A stretch of 29,892 bases of DNA from Bacilli bacterium (GCA_022791215.1 JAAVYQ010000036.1:1-29892), one strand, 5' to 3'. Numbered from the stretch's first letter, positions 17,387 through 26,434 are shown. Made by a program: numbers and translations. Notes: generated from the letters alone by a model not told the origin.

Positions 17387-18367
17387 ATGAAGTGGAAAAT
17401 AGGAAATATAACAATTAAAAATCAAATCGTATTTGCGCCCATGGCAGGAGTCTCTAACATAAGTTATAGAACAATAATCAAAGAAATGGGGGCCGGATTA
17501 ATATACTCAGAAATGATATCATCTACAGGAATAACATATGGAAGCAAAAAAACTATTGACCTCATAAATTTCAACGATGAAGAAAGACCAATAAGTATAC
17601 AAATATTTGGACACGATGTAAATTCATTTGTAACTGCAGCCAAATATATAGAAGAAAACTTTCATCCTGACATAATAGATATCAACATGGGATGTCCTGT
17701 ACCAAAAGTCGCAATCAAAAGCCAAGCAGGAAGTGCATTACTAAAAAATCCAGACAAAATATACGAAATAGTAAAAAATGTAGTAGAAAACACAAACACA
17801 CCTATAACAGTAAAAATAAGAAGTGGATGGGACGAATCAAACATAAATGCTATAGAAATAGCAAAAAAAATAGAACAAGCCGGAGCATCTGCGATTGCTA
17901 TTCATGCAAGAACTAGAAGTCAAGGATACAGTGGAACAGCAAATTGGAACATAATAAAACAAGTAAAAGAAAATGTAAAAATACCTGTCATTGGAAATGG
18001 AGATATCAAAACAATCGAAGATGCAAAAAAAATGTTAGAAACAACAAAATGTGATGCGATTATGATAGGCCGTGCAACTTTAGGAAACCCTTGGATTATC
18101 AAAGAATGTGTAGAATATATAGAAAACAACAATATAATTTCGACACCAACACCAAAAGACAAAATAAATATGATAAAAAGACACTACGAACTATTAAAAA
18201 AATATGAAAACACAAATGTAGCATTACTAGAAATAAGAACACATGCGTTATGGTATCTAAAAGGCATTCCAAATGTAAAAGAAATAAAAAATAAAATAGT
18301 AACTTGCAAAACAGAAGAAGAATTCATGAACACTTTAAAAAATATAGAAAAAATAGCAAAAAACTAG
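17387..18367 (+). CDS. dusB: tRNA-dihydrouridine synthase B
   Basis: APMAGVS, DINMGCPVPKV, AGSALL, TVKIRSGW, IHART, IGNGDI, MIGRA. Confidence 0.95.
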   Translation: MKWKIGNITIKNQIVFAPMAGVSNISYRTIIKEMGAGLIYSEMISSTGITYGSKKTIDLINFNDEERPISIQIFGHDVNSFVTAAKYIEENFHPDIIDINMGCPVPKVAIKSQAGSALLKNPDKIYEIVKNVVENTNTPITVKIRSGWDESNINAIEIAKKIEQAGASAIAIHARTRSQGYSGTANWNIIKQVKENVKIPVIGNGDIKTIEDAKKMLETTKCDAIMIGRATLGNPWIIKECVEYIENNNIISTPTPKDKINMIKRHYELLKKYENTNVALLEIRTHALWYLKGIPNVKEIKNKIVTCKTEEEFMNTLKNIEKIAKN

Positions 18368-18393
18368 ACATAATTTACTAATTAATGTATAAT
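18365..18393 (+). promoter_or_regulatory. Sigma70-type promoter of the candidate ncRNA
   Basis: TAGACA-N17-TATAAT overlapping the dusB stop. No ORF lies downstream on this strand before the terminator. Confidence 0.7.
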
Positions 18394-18399
18394 ATAATT

Positions 18400-18535
18400 A
18401 CTGAAGAAGAAATTCTTCATCTTAGGTCTGAACAGCATTACAACGTAAGTTGAGATATAAGTCTGGTAAGGACCCGACCGGGACTAGTGTAAACGCTAGT
18501 AAGAAGACTGCTCTTGTGGAGTGGTTTTTCTTTTT
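18400..18535 (+). ncRNA. Candidate structured ncRNA adjacent to a DUF3800 gene
   Basis: Hairpins TGAAGAA-GAAA-TTCTTCA, CAAC-GTAA-GTTG (both GNRA loops), GTCTGGT-AAGG-ACCCGAC and ACTAGTG-TAAA-CGCTAGT; closing TCTTA/TAAGA helix; own promoter and terminator. Confidence 0.7.
18503..18535 (+). terminator. Intrinsic terminator ending the candidate ncRNA (may also serve the convergent DUF3800 gene)
   Basis: GACTGCTC-TTGTG-GAGTGGTT followed by TTTCTTTTT. Confidence 0.7.
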
Positions 18536-19212
18536 ATTTAAATCTTTTATTTTTAAGCAAATTAATAATTTCCTTTATCTTTTTATCATTAAAAAAATCT
18601 TTTTCACTCCTATTAAATGAAATTTTATTCTTTATTTTATAACATAATTTATCTATTACAGTAAGCATATCTGCTACTTGAAATATCCTATTATCTTCAT
18701 GATCAAAATCGGATACTAACTCTATATTATCAAACATTAAAAACGCATCCATTATAATATCACTCAAACTATCTTGTCCATTATCATAATATACAATTAC
18801 TTTTTTAAAAGAAGATATATATTTATAGTTATGTTGTATAATCTTTGCCATTTCGTCCTTCAACTTTTTCTTTAATTGTAATCTTGTATTAGAATATCTT
18901 TTATCAACAACGATACTCTTCAACTTAATATCTATCTTCCTAGCGAAATTATAAAATGTATAAAAAATACTTTTTCTATTCTTTAAATCAAACTTATTAT
19001 TCATTTTTTCTAGAAACAAGTAAAGCTGTATGTACCATTCCATTATGTCCCAACTCTAAAAGTCTCTTATTAAGAAAACTTACATCTTTATCTATAGAAT
19101 TAATATCATTATAAAAAACAAAAGAAACAACATATAACAATGAACTTCCATCACTAAAACCAAAGTCACCACTTTCATCTATATAAATATGCAAAATATT
19201 ATTACCATTCAT
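18534..19212 (-). pseudogene. DUF3800 domain protein, split by a frameshift near 19000 (about 225 aa if restored)
   Basis: N-terminal fragment ILHIYIDESGDFG...HTA; C-terminal fragment VYYDNGQ...FQVADML. These are the tracked ORFs 18997..19227 and 18534..19043, offset by +1 at an A6 run. RBS GGGGAG before ATG 19212. Confidence 0.75.
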
Positions 19213-19301
19213 CGATTCACTCCCCACTGAAAATAAAATTCACAAAGTATCTCTTATAATATCGCACATCACAACATTAATCAACAATTTTGAATTAACA
19301 A

Positions 19302-19330
19302 TTGACAATTACAAATAAGTATTATAAAAT
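19302..19330 (+). promoter_or_regulatory. Sigma70-type promoter of the lysS leader
   Basis: TTGACA-N17-TAAAAT. Confidence 0.8.
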
Positions 19331-19333
19331 GTA

Positions 19334-19556
19334 GCCATAAATCAATGAGAAAGACGAGTAATATTAGAAACTATTTATAGAAAGCCAAGTAAGATGGAAA
19401 TTGGTAACAAGACTAATGTGAATAAAAACTTTCGAGTGGCATTAAGCCCGGCTAAAAACCGTTATAAATAAAGAGTTCAAGTTATTGATAAAAAAGGGTG
19501 GTACCACGTACTAACTGTTCGTCCCTTATTATTAATAACTTTTTTATTAGGAGGAG
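19334..19556 (+). promoter_or_regulatory. T-box riboswitch with a Lys (AAA) specifier upstream of lysS
   Basis: T-box AAGGGTGGTACCACG (19494-19508) pairs with CGTCCCTT. Stem I is closed by GCCA/TGGC and GAAAG/CTTTC, with an AG box, an apical CCAA..GGAA..TTGG hairpin, specifier loop GAATAAAAAC and CCGTTA. Confidence 0.9.
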
Positions 19557-19564
19557 AAGAGAAA

Positions 19565-21040
19565 ATGAGAGAACTAACAGAACAAGAAATAGTAAGAAGG
19601 GAAAAATTAAAAAACATAGCTGAAGTATGTAATCCTTACCCTGAAAAATTTGAGCGCACACATACATTAAAAGAAGCACAAAACCTTAATGATGGAGAAA
19701 CAAACATATCATTAGCGGGGAGAATAGTATTCATGAGAAAAATGGGAAAACTAAGTTTCATAAAAATAAGAGATTTAGAAGGAAGTATGCAACTAGAACT
19801 TAAAATAGACTTAGTAGGAGAAGAAAAATATGACTTCTTCAAAAAACTAATCGACACAGGCGACTTTATAGGTGCGACTGGAGAAATATTTACAACACAA
19901 ACAGGAGAAAAAACACTTAGAATACACTCATACGAATTTCTAGGAAAAGCACTAAGACCATTACCAGAAAAATTCCATGGACTACAAGACACTGAAATAA
20001 AATATAGACAAAGATACGTTGACCTAATAACAAATGAAGAATCAAGAAATATATTTTTAGGAAGAAGCAAATTTTATTCATTCCTACACAAATACCTTGG
20101 AGAAAATGGATTCTTACAAGTAGAAACCCCAATACTTCAAACGGCTGTATCTGGAGCATCAGCTAAACCATTCTTCACACATCACAATGCACTAGACATA
20201 GACTGTAACCTAAGAATTGCACCAGAAATATATTTAAAAGAATGTATTGCTGGAGGATTCGACAAAGTATACGAAATATCTAAATGCTTTAGAAACGAAG
20301 GAATGGACACAGAACACTTACAAGAATTCACTCAAGTAGAATGGTATGCATCTTACTGGAACTTTGAAGACAATATCAAATTCTATACTAACTTTATAAA
20401 AGAACTACTTAAAGAACTAACTGGCGGAACCGCTATAGAATATCAAGGAAACACACTTGACTTTGGAAAAGAAGAATGGAATAAGATCAATTACTGTGAA
20501 GAAATGAATAAAGTGTTTGATTTTGATTTTCTAAAAATTGAAGAACCAGAAGAATTAAAACAAAAAATAATAGAAAAAGGACTATTCACAATGGCTGAAT
20601 TAGAAGACTACCATTCACTAAGCCAAATAATAGATTTTGTATACAAAAATAAAATTCGTAAAAACATAATCGAACCGACAATAATTTATAACTATCCAGC
20701 AGTACTTATCCCCTTAGCAAGAAGAAATGATAAAGACTCAAAAAGAATAGATGTTTTCCAAGTAATCGCAGGTGGAACTGAACTTTGTAAAGCATACTCA
20801 GAATTAGTTAATCCGCAAACACAAAGAGAAACATTTGAAGAACAACTAAAAGCTAAAAGCCAAGGCGATGATGAAACTATGGACCTAGACGAAAACTTCT
20901 TATTAGCAATGGAACAAGGAATGCCACCAATATCAGGACTAGGGTTCGGAATAGATAGACTAATGATGTTAATATACAATACTGATTCTATAAGAGACGT
21001 TGTCTTATTCCCACTTATGAAGCCAGAAAATAATAATTAA
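19565..21040 (+). CDS. lysS: Lysine--tRNA ligase (class II)
   Basis: OB domain GRIVFMRKMGK, YRQRYVDL, LRIAPEIYLK, FRNEG, GIDRL. Confidence 0.98.
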   Translation: MRELTEQEIVRREKLKNIAEVCNPYPEKFERTHTLKEAQNLNDGETNISLAGRIVFMRKMGKLSFIKIRDLEGSMQLELKIDLVGEEKYDFFKKLIDTGDFIGATGEIFTTQTGEKTLRIHSYEFLGKALRPLPEKFHGLQDTEIKYRQRYVDLITNEESRNIFLGRSKFYSFLHKYLGENGFLQVETPILQTAVSGASAKPFFTHHNALDIDCNLRIAPEIYLKECIAGGFDKVYEISKCFRNEGMDTEHLQEFTQVEWYASYWNFEDNIKFYTNFIKELLKELTGGTAIEYQGNTLDFGKEEWNKINYCEEMNKVFDFDFLKIEEPEELKQKIIEKGLFTMAELEDYHSLSQIIDFVYKNKIRKNIIEPTIIYNYPAVLIPLARRNDKDSKRIDVFQVIAGGTELCKAYSELVNPQTQRETFEEQLKAKSQGDDETMDLDENFLLAMEQGMPPISGLGFGIDRLMMLIYNTDSIRDVVLFPLMKPENNN

Positions 21041-21051
21041 AGGAAGAGAAA

Positions 21052-21378
21052 ATGAAAATAAAATTACTAGAATATTTAAAAAGACAAATAAAAGGAAGAG
21101 AACAAAAACAAGAAACACAACAAACTTATAATATGGAAAATATAGAAGTAATCATTGAAAATGACACTGGTTTATTTGAAAATGAAGTAGAAATTATAAA
21201 ACAAAATGCCATAATATTATATGAAAACAAACTAGTAGAAACTATAGAAGATGGAATAATAATTACTGCTGTAATATTTAGAGGTTTAAAACGCAAAAAA
21301 GTAGAAAAAGACAAAAACGGAAAAATTACTATAACATTACTAGATGCAAGCAATCAAAAGGTTCTAAAAAAAGAATAA
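21052..21378 (+). CDS. Hypothetical protein (108 aa)
   Basis: RBS AAGGAAG, 11 nt after lysS. No motif recognised. Confidence 0.6.
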   Translation: MKIKLLEYLKRQIKGREQKQETQQTYNMENIEVIIENDTGLFENEVEIIKQNAIILYENKLVETIEDGIIITAVIFRGLKRKKVEKDKNGKITITLLDASNQKVLKKE

Positions 21379-21407
21379 TTTACTATAGAGTTAATAAATG
21401 TTATAAT
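21379..21407 (+). promoter_or_regulatory. Sigma70-type promoter with extended -10
   Basis: TTTACT-N17-TATAAT with TGn. Confidence 0.6.
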
Positions 21408-21432
21408 ATACAACCAAGGGGAAAAGTAAAAA

Positions 21433-22149
21433 ATGGAAAAATTAACTTTATATGAAAAATTAGGAGCACTTAAATTTAAAAAAGTAGTCTTAAAATTAGA
21501 AGAATTAAAATTTAAAATACCAAAACCTTTTTATTTAATAAATTTGAATGATAAAATATTAGATAAAAAACTAAAGAAAATGTTAAAAAAAGAAACAAAC
21601 GAAGAAAAAAAGAAAATATTAATAAGATACTTTAACAAAGAAAAGTTAAGAGCAAGAATAGAATATAACAACAAAGAAAATAGAAACTATCACTTTAACG
21701 CATTAAATCCTAGAGAAACACTTAATTATCTCAACATTAACAAAAATATTCATATAAATGGAATTAAATCTAACTTATTATATGTTTCTATTTCAATAGT
21801 TGGAATAATCTTCATAAAAAGCATTATTATCCCTTTAATAATATCAATTTGTTTTAACCTAATTAGTATATTTATAAACTTTGAGTGTATTAATTTACAA
21901 AATTATAATATAACTAGAATAGAACAAAAACTAGAGAAACTAAGCAAAATTAGAAAACAAAAATTAAATCAAAAAATTAAACTATACAGAGAAATTTCAA
22001 AATCTCTAGCACTTCTCTTAGAAAGAGATAAAAAAATACCTAGCAAAGAAGACATTATCGAATGTATACAAACAGAAGAAGAAATAATAGAATTAAAACA
22101 ATTAATTGAAAATACAATTCATTTATATTTGGAGGGAACAGTACTTTGA
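21433..22149 (+). CDS. Hypothetical membrane protein, possibly a distant CrtO-like acyltransferase family member
   Basis: LYEKLG...FKK, IH, two TMs, then CINLQNYNITRI, which resembles CrtO-family YxxLGIxxxK / H / IxxQRYNRxR. The family call is recalled, not searched. Confidence 0.55.
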   Translation: MEKLTLYEKLGALKFKKVVLKLEELKFKIPKPFYLINLNDKILDKKLKKMLKKETNEEKKKILIRYFNKEKLRARIEYNNKENRNYHFNALNPRETLNYLNINKNIHINGIKSNLLYVSISIVGIIFIKSIIIPLIISICFNLISIFINFECINLQNYNITRIEQKLEKLSKIRKQKLNQKIKLYREISKSLALLLERDKKIPSKEDIIECIQTEEEIIELKQLIENTIHLYLEGTVL

Positions 22150-22421
22150 TTTTAGGAACTGCATCATCTCCATCAATATCTACAACTTTTTCCGATGAAA
22201 CCTTACAATCATTTTTTTCTGAAGACTCACCATCTAGTTCTTCATATTTAACTATAAGTTCTGTAAGTTCAGCACTTATGAATAATGCTAATGCAATGAA
22301 CGTTGAAACACAAGTAGAAGATACACAAATGATCATAGAATCAATGAGCATAGAAGAATTAAACGAACTTAAAGACTTGATAGAAGAAAAAGAAAACACT
22401 CTAACACTATATAAACGCTAA
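22146..22421 (+). CDS. Hypothetical acidic Ser-rich protein (91 aa)
   Basis: TTG start overlapping the upstream TGA, with GGAGG upstream; followed by a terminator. Confidence 0.55.
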   Translation: MILGTASSPSISTTFSDETLQSFFSEDSPSSSSYLTISSVSSALMNNANAMNVETQVEDTQMIIESMSIEELNELKDLIEEKENTLTLYKR

Positions 22422-22440
22422 TACTTATATAGTGTTTTTT
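22414..22440 (+). terminator. Intrinsic terminator
   Basis: AACGCTA-N9-TAGTGTT-TTTT. Confidence 0.65.
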
Positions 22441-22530
22441 ATTTAAATTTGTAATTTTTGTGAAACTAACATAAAAACTTGTAAAACTTGACATCTTTAG
22501 TGTATAATTGTAACAGGAGGTAATAAGAAA

Positions 22531-24204
22531 ATGAAAACGAACGCTAAGTTCAAAATGATTGCAAGCATTGCGTCAGTCATACTAATAATTGTAGGAATGT
22601 TTGTTCCAAGCAATATTGGAATGCCGATGGAAATAATAGGAATGACAACTATATTTATACTTTCCATAATAAAATGGATTGTACCATCAGAAAAAAATAC
22701 AATTCTAAAATTATTAGGAATAATAGTGCTTTACCTAGGAGCACTAAGTTGGGTAATACCAGCAGCGACATTCCAATACGGAGAATTTCAAAGTTTAGGA
22801 TTAGAAAGGATGACACTATTTAATCTAATAGACTATCCATACCTATCAATACAATTCTTCTTACAACCAATGCTATTCATATTTGCGGTTGGAGGATTAT
22901 ATGGAATATTGTCTGAAACAGGAAAATTCAGAAATGTTTTAGACAAAATAGTCAAAAAATTAAAAGGAAAAGAAGAATATTTCTTAATAGGATCTTCACT
23001 AATACTAACAGTAGTAAGTGCCTTATTCGCGGCTAACGTTGAAAAAGGTGGACTATATGGACCTAACCTAGTATTATTCTTAATAATACCAACAATATCA
23101 GCAATAATACTACTAATGGGTTACGATAAAATGACTGCATTTTTAGCAAGTTTTATATCACCAATAATTGGTATAATTGGAGGAATCTACAGTCCAGCAA
23201 CTAGTTACATAAATGAAGTAGTTGGAAGTGATTACAGCACTGAACTAATATGGAAAATAGCATTATTAGTAATATGCTATGTAATGTACTTATTTGTACT
23301 TCTAAAACAAGCAAAAAAATCTAAAGAAAGAAAAATAGAAACAGAGAAAGATACAAAAGAAGAAGTAAATAAAAACAACATTCCTTTAATAGGTGAGAAA
23401 AAGCAAAGTAAAAAAGCAAGTTGGCCAATAATGTTAATACTTGGATTACTAATACTAGTAATGATATTAGGAATGTTCAACTGGGAAAAAATATTCAACA
23501 TTACGCTATTCTCAGACATACACACAAGTATAACTGAATTTGAAATAGGAAATCATAGAATATTTAATTATTTAATCGCAGGAATAACAGCCTTTGGAAC
23601 ATGGACATCACTATCAGAAATAACAGTTTTAACACTAGCAGCAGCATTAATAATAAGTCTTATATACAAGTTAGACTTTGAAACAATAATCACATCATTC
23701 ACAAAAGGTGTAAAACAAGTATTAAAACCTGTGATAATAATGACATTAGCATACACAATAGTAATAATAACTGCATACAATCCTTTCTTCATGAGCATAA
23801 CTGATTGGTTAATCAACTCACTAGGTGGAGGAATAATAGATGCTTTAGGAAAAGTAAGTTTCCTAAGTGGTGCTATGGACGTAATAAAACAAATAGTATA
23901 TATAATAGTTTGTGGACTAGATACTATAATAAGTACAATACTAAACATAGACATACTATATGTAATACAATCAGGATTACCTTACTTAGTAAGTTCATAC
24001 CCTGAAGCAACAAACTCACTTGCAATCATAACACAATCTTTGCATGGATTAACACTAATAATCGCACCTACATCAGCATTAATGTTAGTAGGGCTTGAAT
24101 ACTTAGGAATCTCATACAAAGAATGGTTAAAAACAAGTTGGAAACTAGTATTACAACTATTAGCAATCATTTTAATAGTAATACTAATAATAGTATTCAT
24201 ATAA
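22531..24204 (+). CDS. YfcC/DcuC-family (C4-dicarboxylate anaerobic carrier / ArcD-like) transporter
   Basis: ALSWVIPAATF, GGLYGILSETG, LLMGYDKMTA, IIAPTS...GLEYLGISYKEWLK; many TMs. Confidence 0.75.
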   Translation: MKTNAKFKMIASIASVILIIVGMFVPSNIGMPMEIIGMTTIFILSIIKWIVPSEKNTILKLLGIIVLYLGALSWVIPAATFQYGEFQSLGLERMTLFNLIDYPYLSIQFFLQPMLFIFAVGGLYGILSETGKFRNVLDKIVKKLKGKEEYFLIGSSLILTVVSALFAANVEKGGLYGPNLVLFLIIPTISAIILLMGYDKMTAFLASFISPIIGIIGGIYSPATSYINEVVGSDYSTELIWKIALLVICYVMYLFVLLKQAKKSKERKIETEKDTKEEVNKNNIPLIGEKKQSKKASWPIMLILGLLILVMILGMFNWEKIFNITLFSDIHTSITEFEIGNHRIFNYLIAGITAFGTWTSLSEITVLTLAAALIISLIYKLDFETIITSFTKGVKQVLKPVIIMTLAYTIVIITAYNPFFMSITDWLINSLGGGIIDALGKVSFLSGAMDVIKQIVYIIVCGLDTIISTILNIDILYVIQSGLPYLVSSYPEATNSLAIITQSLHGLTLIIAPTSALMLVGLEYLGISYKEWLKTSWKLVLQLLAIILIVILIIVFI

Positions 24205-24230
24205 AAATATCACGAAAGTGATGTTTTTTT
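24204..24230 (+). terminator. Intrinsic terminator
   Basis: AATATCAC-GAAA-GTGATGTT-TTTTT. Confidence 0.85.
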
Positions 24231-24284
24231 GTATAAAAATTACTTAAAACACACAATATAACATAGAATATAAGAGAGGTGTTT

Positions 24285-26399
24285 ATGAATAAATATACAG
24301 AAGAACTAAAAAAAGTTTTAAAAGGAAGCGAAAACGAAGCAATAGAAAACAATGACACACTAGTTGGAACTGAACACGTACTACTAAGTATACTTAAAAC
24401 AGAGACTAGCATAACAGAAAACCTAAAAAAAGAAGGACTAACATACACCAAAATAAAAAACAAAATACCAAAAGGAAACAAAAAAGAAGATTACATATTT
24501 TACAAAAAAGAATTATTAAAAATAATAGAAGACATAATAATCAAAAAAAGTGATTTTGAAAGTGAAATAACACTACCAACACTAATGAGCAAAATTTTAG
24601 AAAATAACAACACTACAGCATATAAAATACTAAAATCATTAGAAATAGACATAATAAGTTTAAAAAACAATCTAATAGAAACTGACACAGAAGGCAAAAC
24701 ATTAGTCATAAAAGAACTTGCTACTAATCTAAACGAACTTGCTAAAAAAAACGAATTAGATAAAGTAATAGGAAGAGATAAAGAAATAGAAAGACTAATA
24801 GAAGTATTAGCAAGAAAAAACAAAAACAATCCTATACTAATAGGAGAAGCAGGTGTTGGAAAAACTGCGATAGTAGAAGAACTTGCAAGGAAAATAGTAA
24901 ATGGAGAAGTTCCAGAATTTCTTAAAAATAAAGAAATACTAAACCTAAACATAGCATCAGTAATCGCAGGAACAAAATATAGAGGAGAATTTGAAGAAAA
25001 ACTAGCAAATATAATAAAAGAATTAGAAAACAATAAAAATCTAATACTATTTATAGACGAAATACATACCATAGTAGGCGCAGGAGGAGCAGAAGGAGCG
25101 ATAGATGCATCTAACATACTAAAGCCAGCCTTAGCGAGAGGAAAAATAAAATGTATAGGAGCAACCACAAATGCCGAATTCAAAACAAGCATAGAAAAAG
25201 ACAAAGCACTAGAAAGAAGATTTCAAAAAATTTATATACATGAACCCAACGAAGAAGAAACAAAAAACATACTAAAGAAAATAAAAAAAGACTACGAAAA
25301 ATTTCACAACGTAATAATACCCGACAAAATATTAGACGAGATGATAAGACTTGTAGGAAAATACATAATAGATAGAAATGAACCCGATAAAAGTATAGAC
25401 ATACTAGACGAAATATGTGCAACTACAAGTATAATAGAAAAAAACAATGAATACAAAAAAATAAACTCAAAAATAGAAGAACTAAACAAAGAGAAAAACA
25501 AATATTTAATACAAAAAGACATACTAAATGCTAGTCTAACAAAAGAAAAAATAAACAATTTACAAAACAAACTAGCGCAAACGAAAAAAGAAAAAAACAA
25601 AAACAAAGTAACAATGAATACACTCAAAAAAGTATTAGAAAATAAAACTAACAGTAAAATATTTGAATTAGAAGACAAAAAATATCTAACAAACTTAAAC
25701 ACGCAACTAAAAAACATAATAGTTGGACAAAACGAAGCAATAGATAAAATAACAAAAATAACATCTAACTACACAGAAAAAACAACCAACAAACCATACT
25801 CTATACTAATAAAAGGAAGCATAGGAACAGGGAAAACAACATTAATAAAAGAATATGCAAAAATACTTAAATATAATCTATTAACACTAGACATGAACGA
25901 ATTTACGAATGAAATATCAATAAATAAAATAATAGGAAGTCCTGCAGGATATGTAGGATACGATGAAAAAAATACAATATTTGAAAGTCTAAAAAACTTC
26001 CCACTATCAATAATTGTAATAGATAACTATGAAACCGCACATAAAGAAGTATCAAATACAATCAACAAAATACTTGAAACAGGAGAACTAAAATTATCAA
26101 ACAATCAAACAATCAAATTCAACAACACACTATTTATATTTACAACAACAGACACAAAAATAAAAGAAAACATAGGATTTATAAAAAACAATAATGAAAA
26201 CAAAAGAGAAAACTTTAACACTATAATAGAATTACAAGAACTAAGTTTAGAAAACATAAAAGAAATAATAAAAAGAAAAAACAAAAACATAACTGAAAAA
26301 ACAATAAATGAAATAATAAATAAATCTAATTACAAACACTATGGAGCAAAACATATAGAAACTCTTATAAATGAAAGTTATATGGAAATTATAGTATAG
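24285..26399 (+). CDS. clpC: ClpC/ClpA-family AAA+ ATPase with a degenerate second AAA module
   Basis: Clp-N GTEHVLL; D1 VIGRDKEI, GEAGVGKT, IDEIH, ALERRFQ; D2 GSIGTGKT, GYVG, IDNYE, IGF. ATG 24285 chosen over GTG 24279. Confidence 0.85.
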   Translation: MNKYTEELKKVLKGSENEAIENNDTLVGTEHVLLSILKTETSITENLKKEGLTYTKIKNKIPKGNKKEDYIFYKKELLKIIEDIIIKKSDFESEITLPTLMSKILENNNTTAYKILKSLEIDIISLKNNLIETDTEGKTLVIKELATNLNELAKKNELDKVIGRDKEIERLIEVLARKNKNNPILIGEAGVGKTAIVEELARKIVNGEVPEFLKNKEILNLNIASVIAGTKYRGEFEEKLANIIKELENNKNLILFIDEIHTIVGAGGAEGAIDASNILKPALARGKIKCIGATTNAEFKTSIEKDKALERRFQKIYIHEPNEEETKNILKKIKKDYEKFHNVIIPDKILDEMIRLVGKYIIDRNEPDKSIDILDEICATTSIIEKNNEYKKINSKIEELNKEKNKYLIQKDILNASLTKEKINNLQNKLAQTKKEKNKNKVTMNTLKKVLENKTNSKIFELEDKKYLTNLNTQLKNIIVGQNEAIDKITKITSNYTEKTTNKPYSILIKGSIGTGKTTLIKEYAKILKYNLLTLDMNEFTNEISINKIIGSPAGYVGYDEKNTIFESLKNFPLSIIVIDNYETAHKEVSNTINKILETGELKLSNNQTIKFNNTLFIFTTTDTKIKENIGFIKNNNENKRENFNTIIELQELSLENIKEIIKRKNKNITEKTINEIINKSNYKHYGAKHIETLINESYMEIIV

Positions 26400-26434
26400 A
26401 CAAGCTAAATATGATATAATTTAAAACAAGGAGA

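Noticed and set aside
18400-18535. Identification of the ncRNA as 6S, SRP, tmRNA, RNase P, a tRNA or a riboswitch
   Set aside because: It lacks their hallmark motifs and lengths, and it terminates with no downstream same-strand gene to regulate.
19482-19679. 65-aa minus-strand ORF across the lysS leader
   Set aside because: It is antisense to the T-box and the lysS start, with no RBS.
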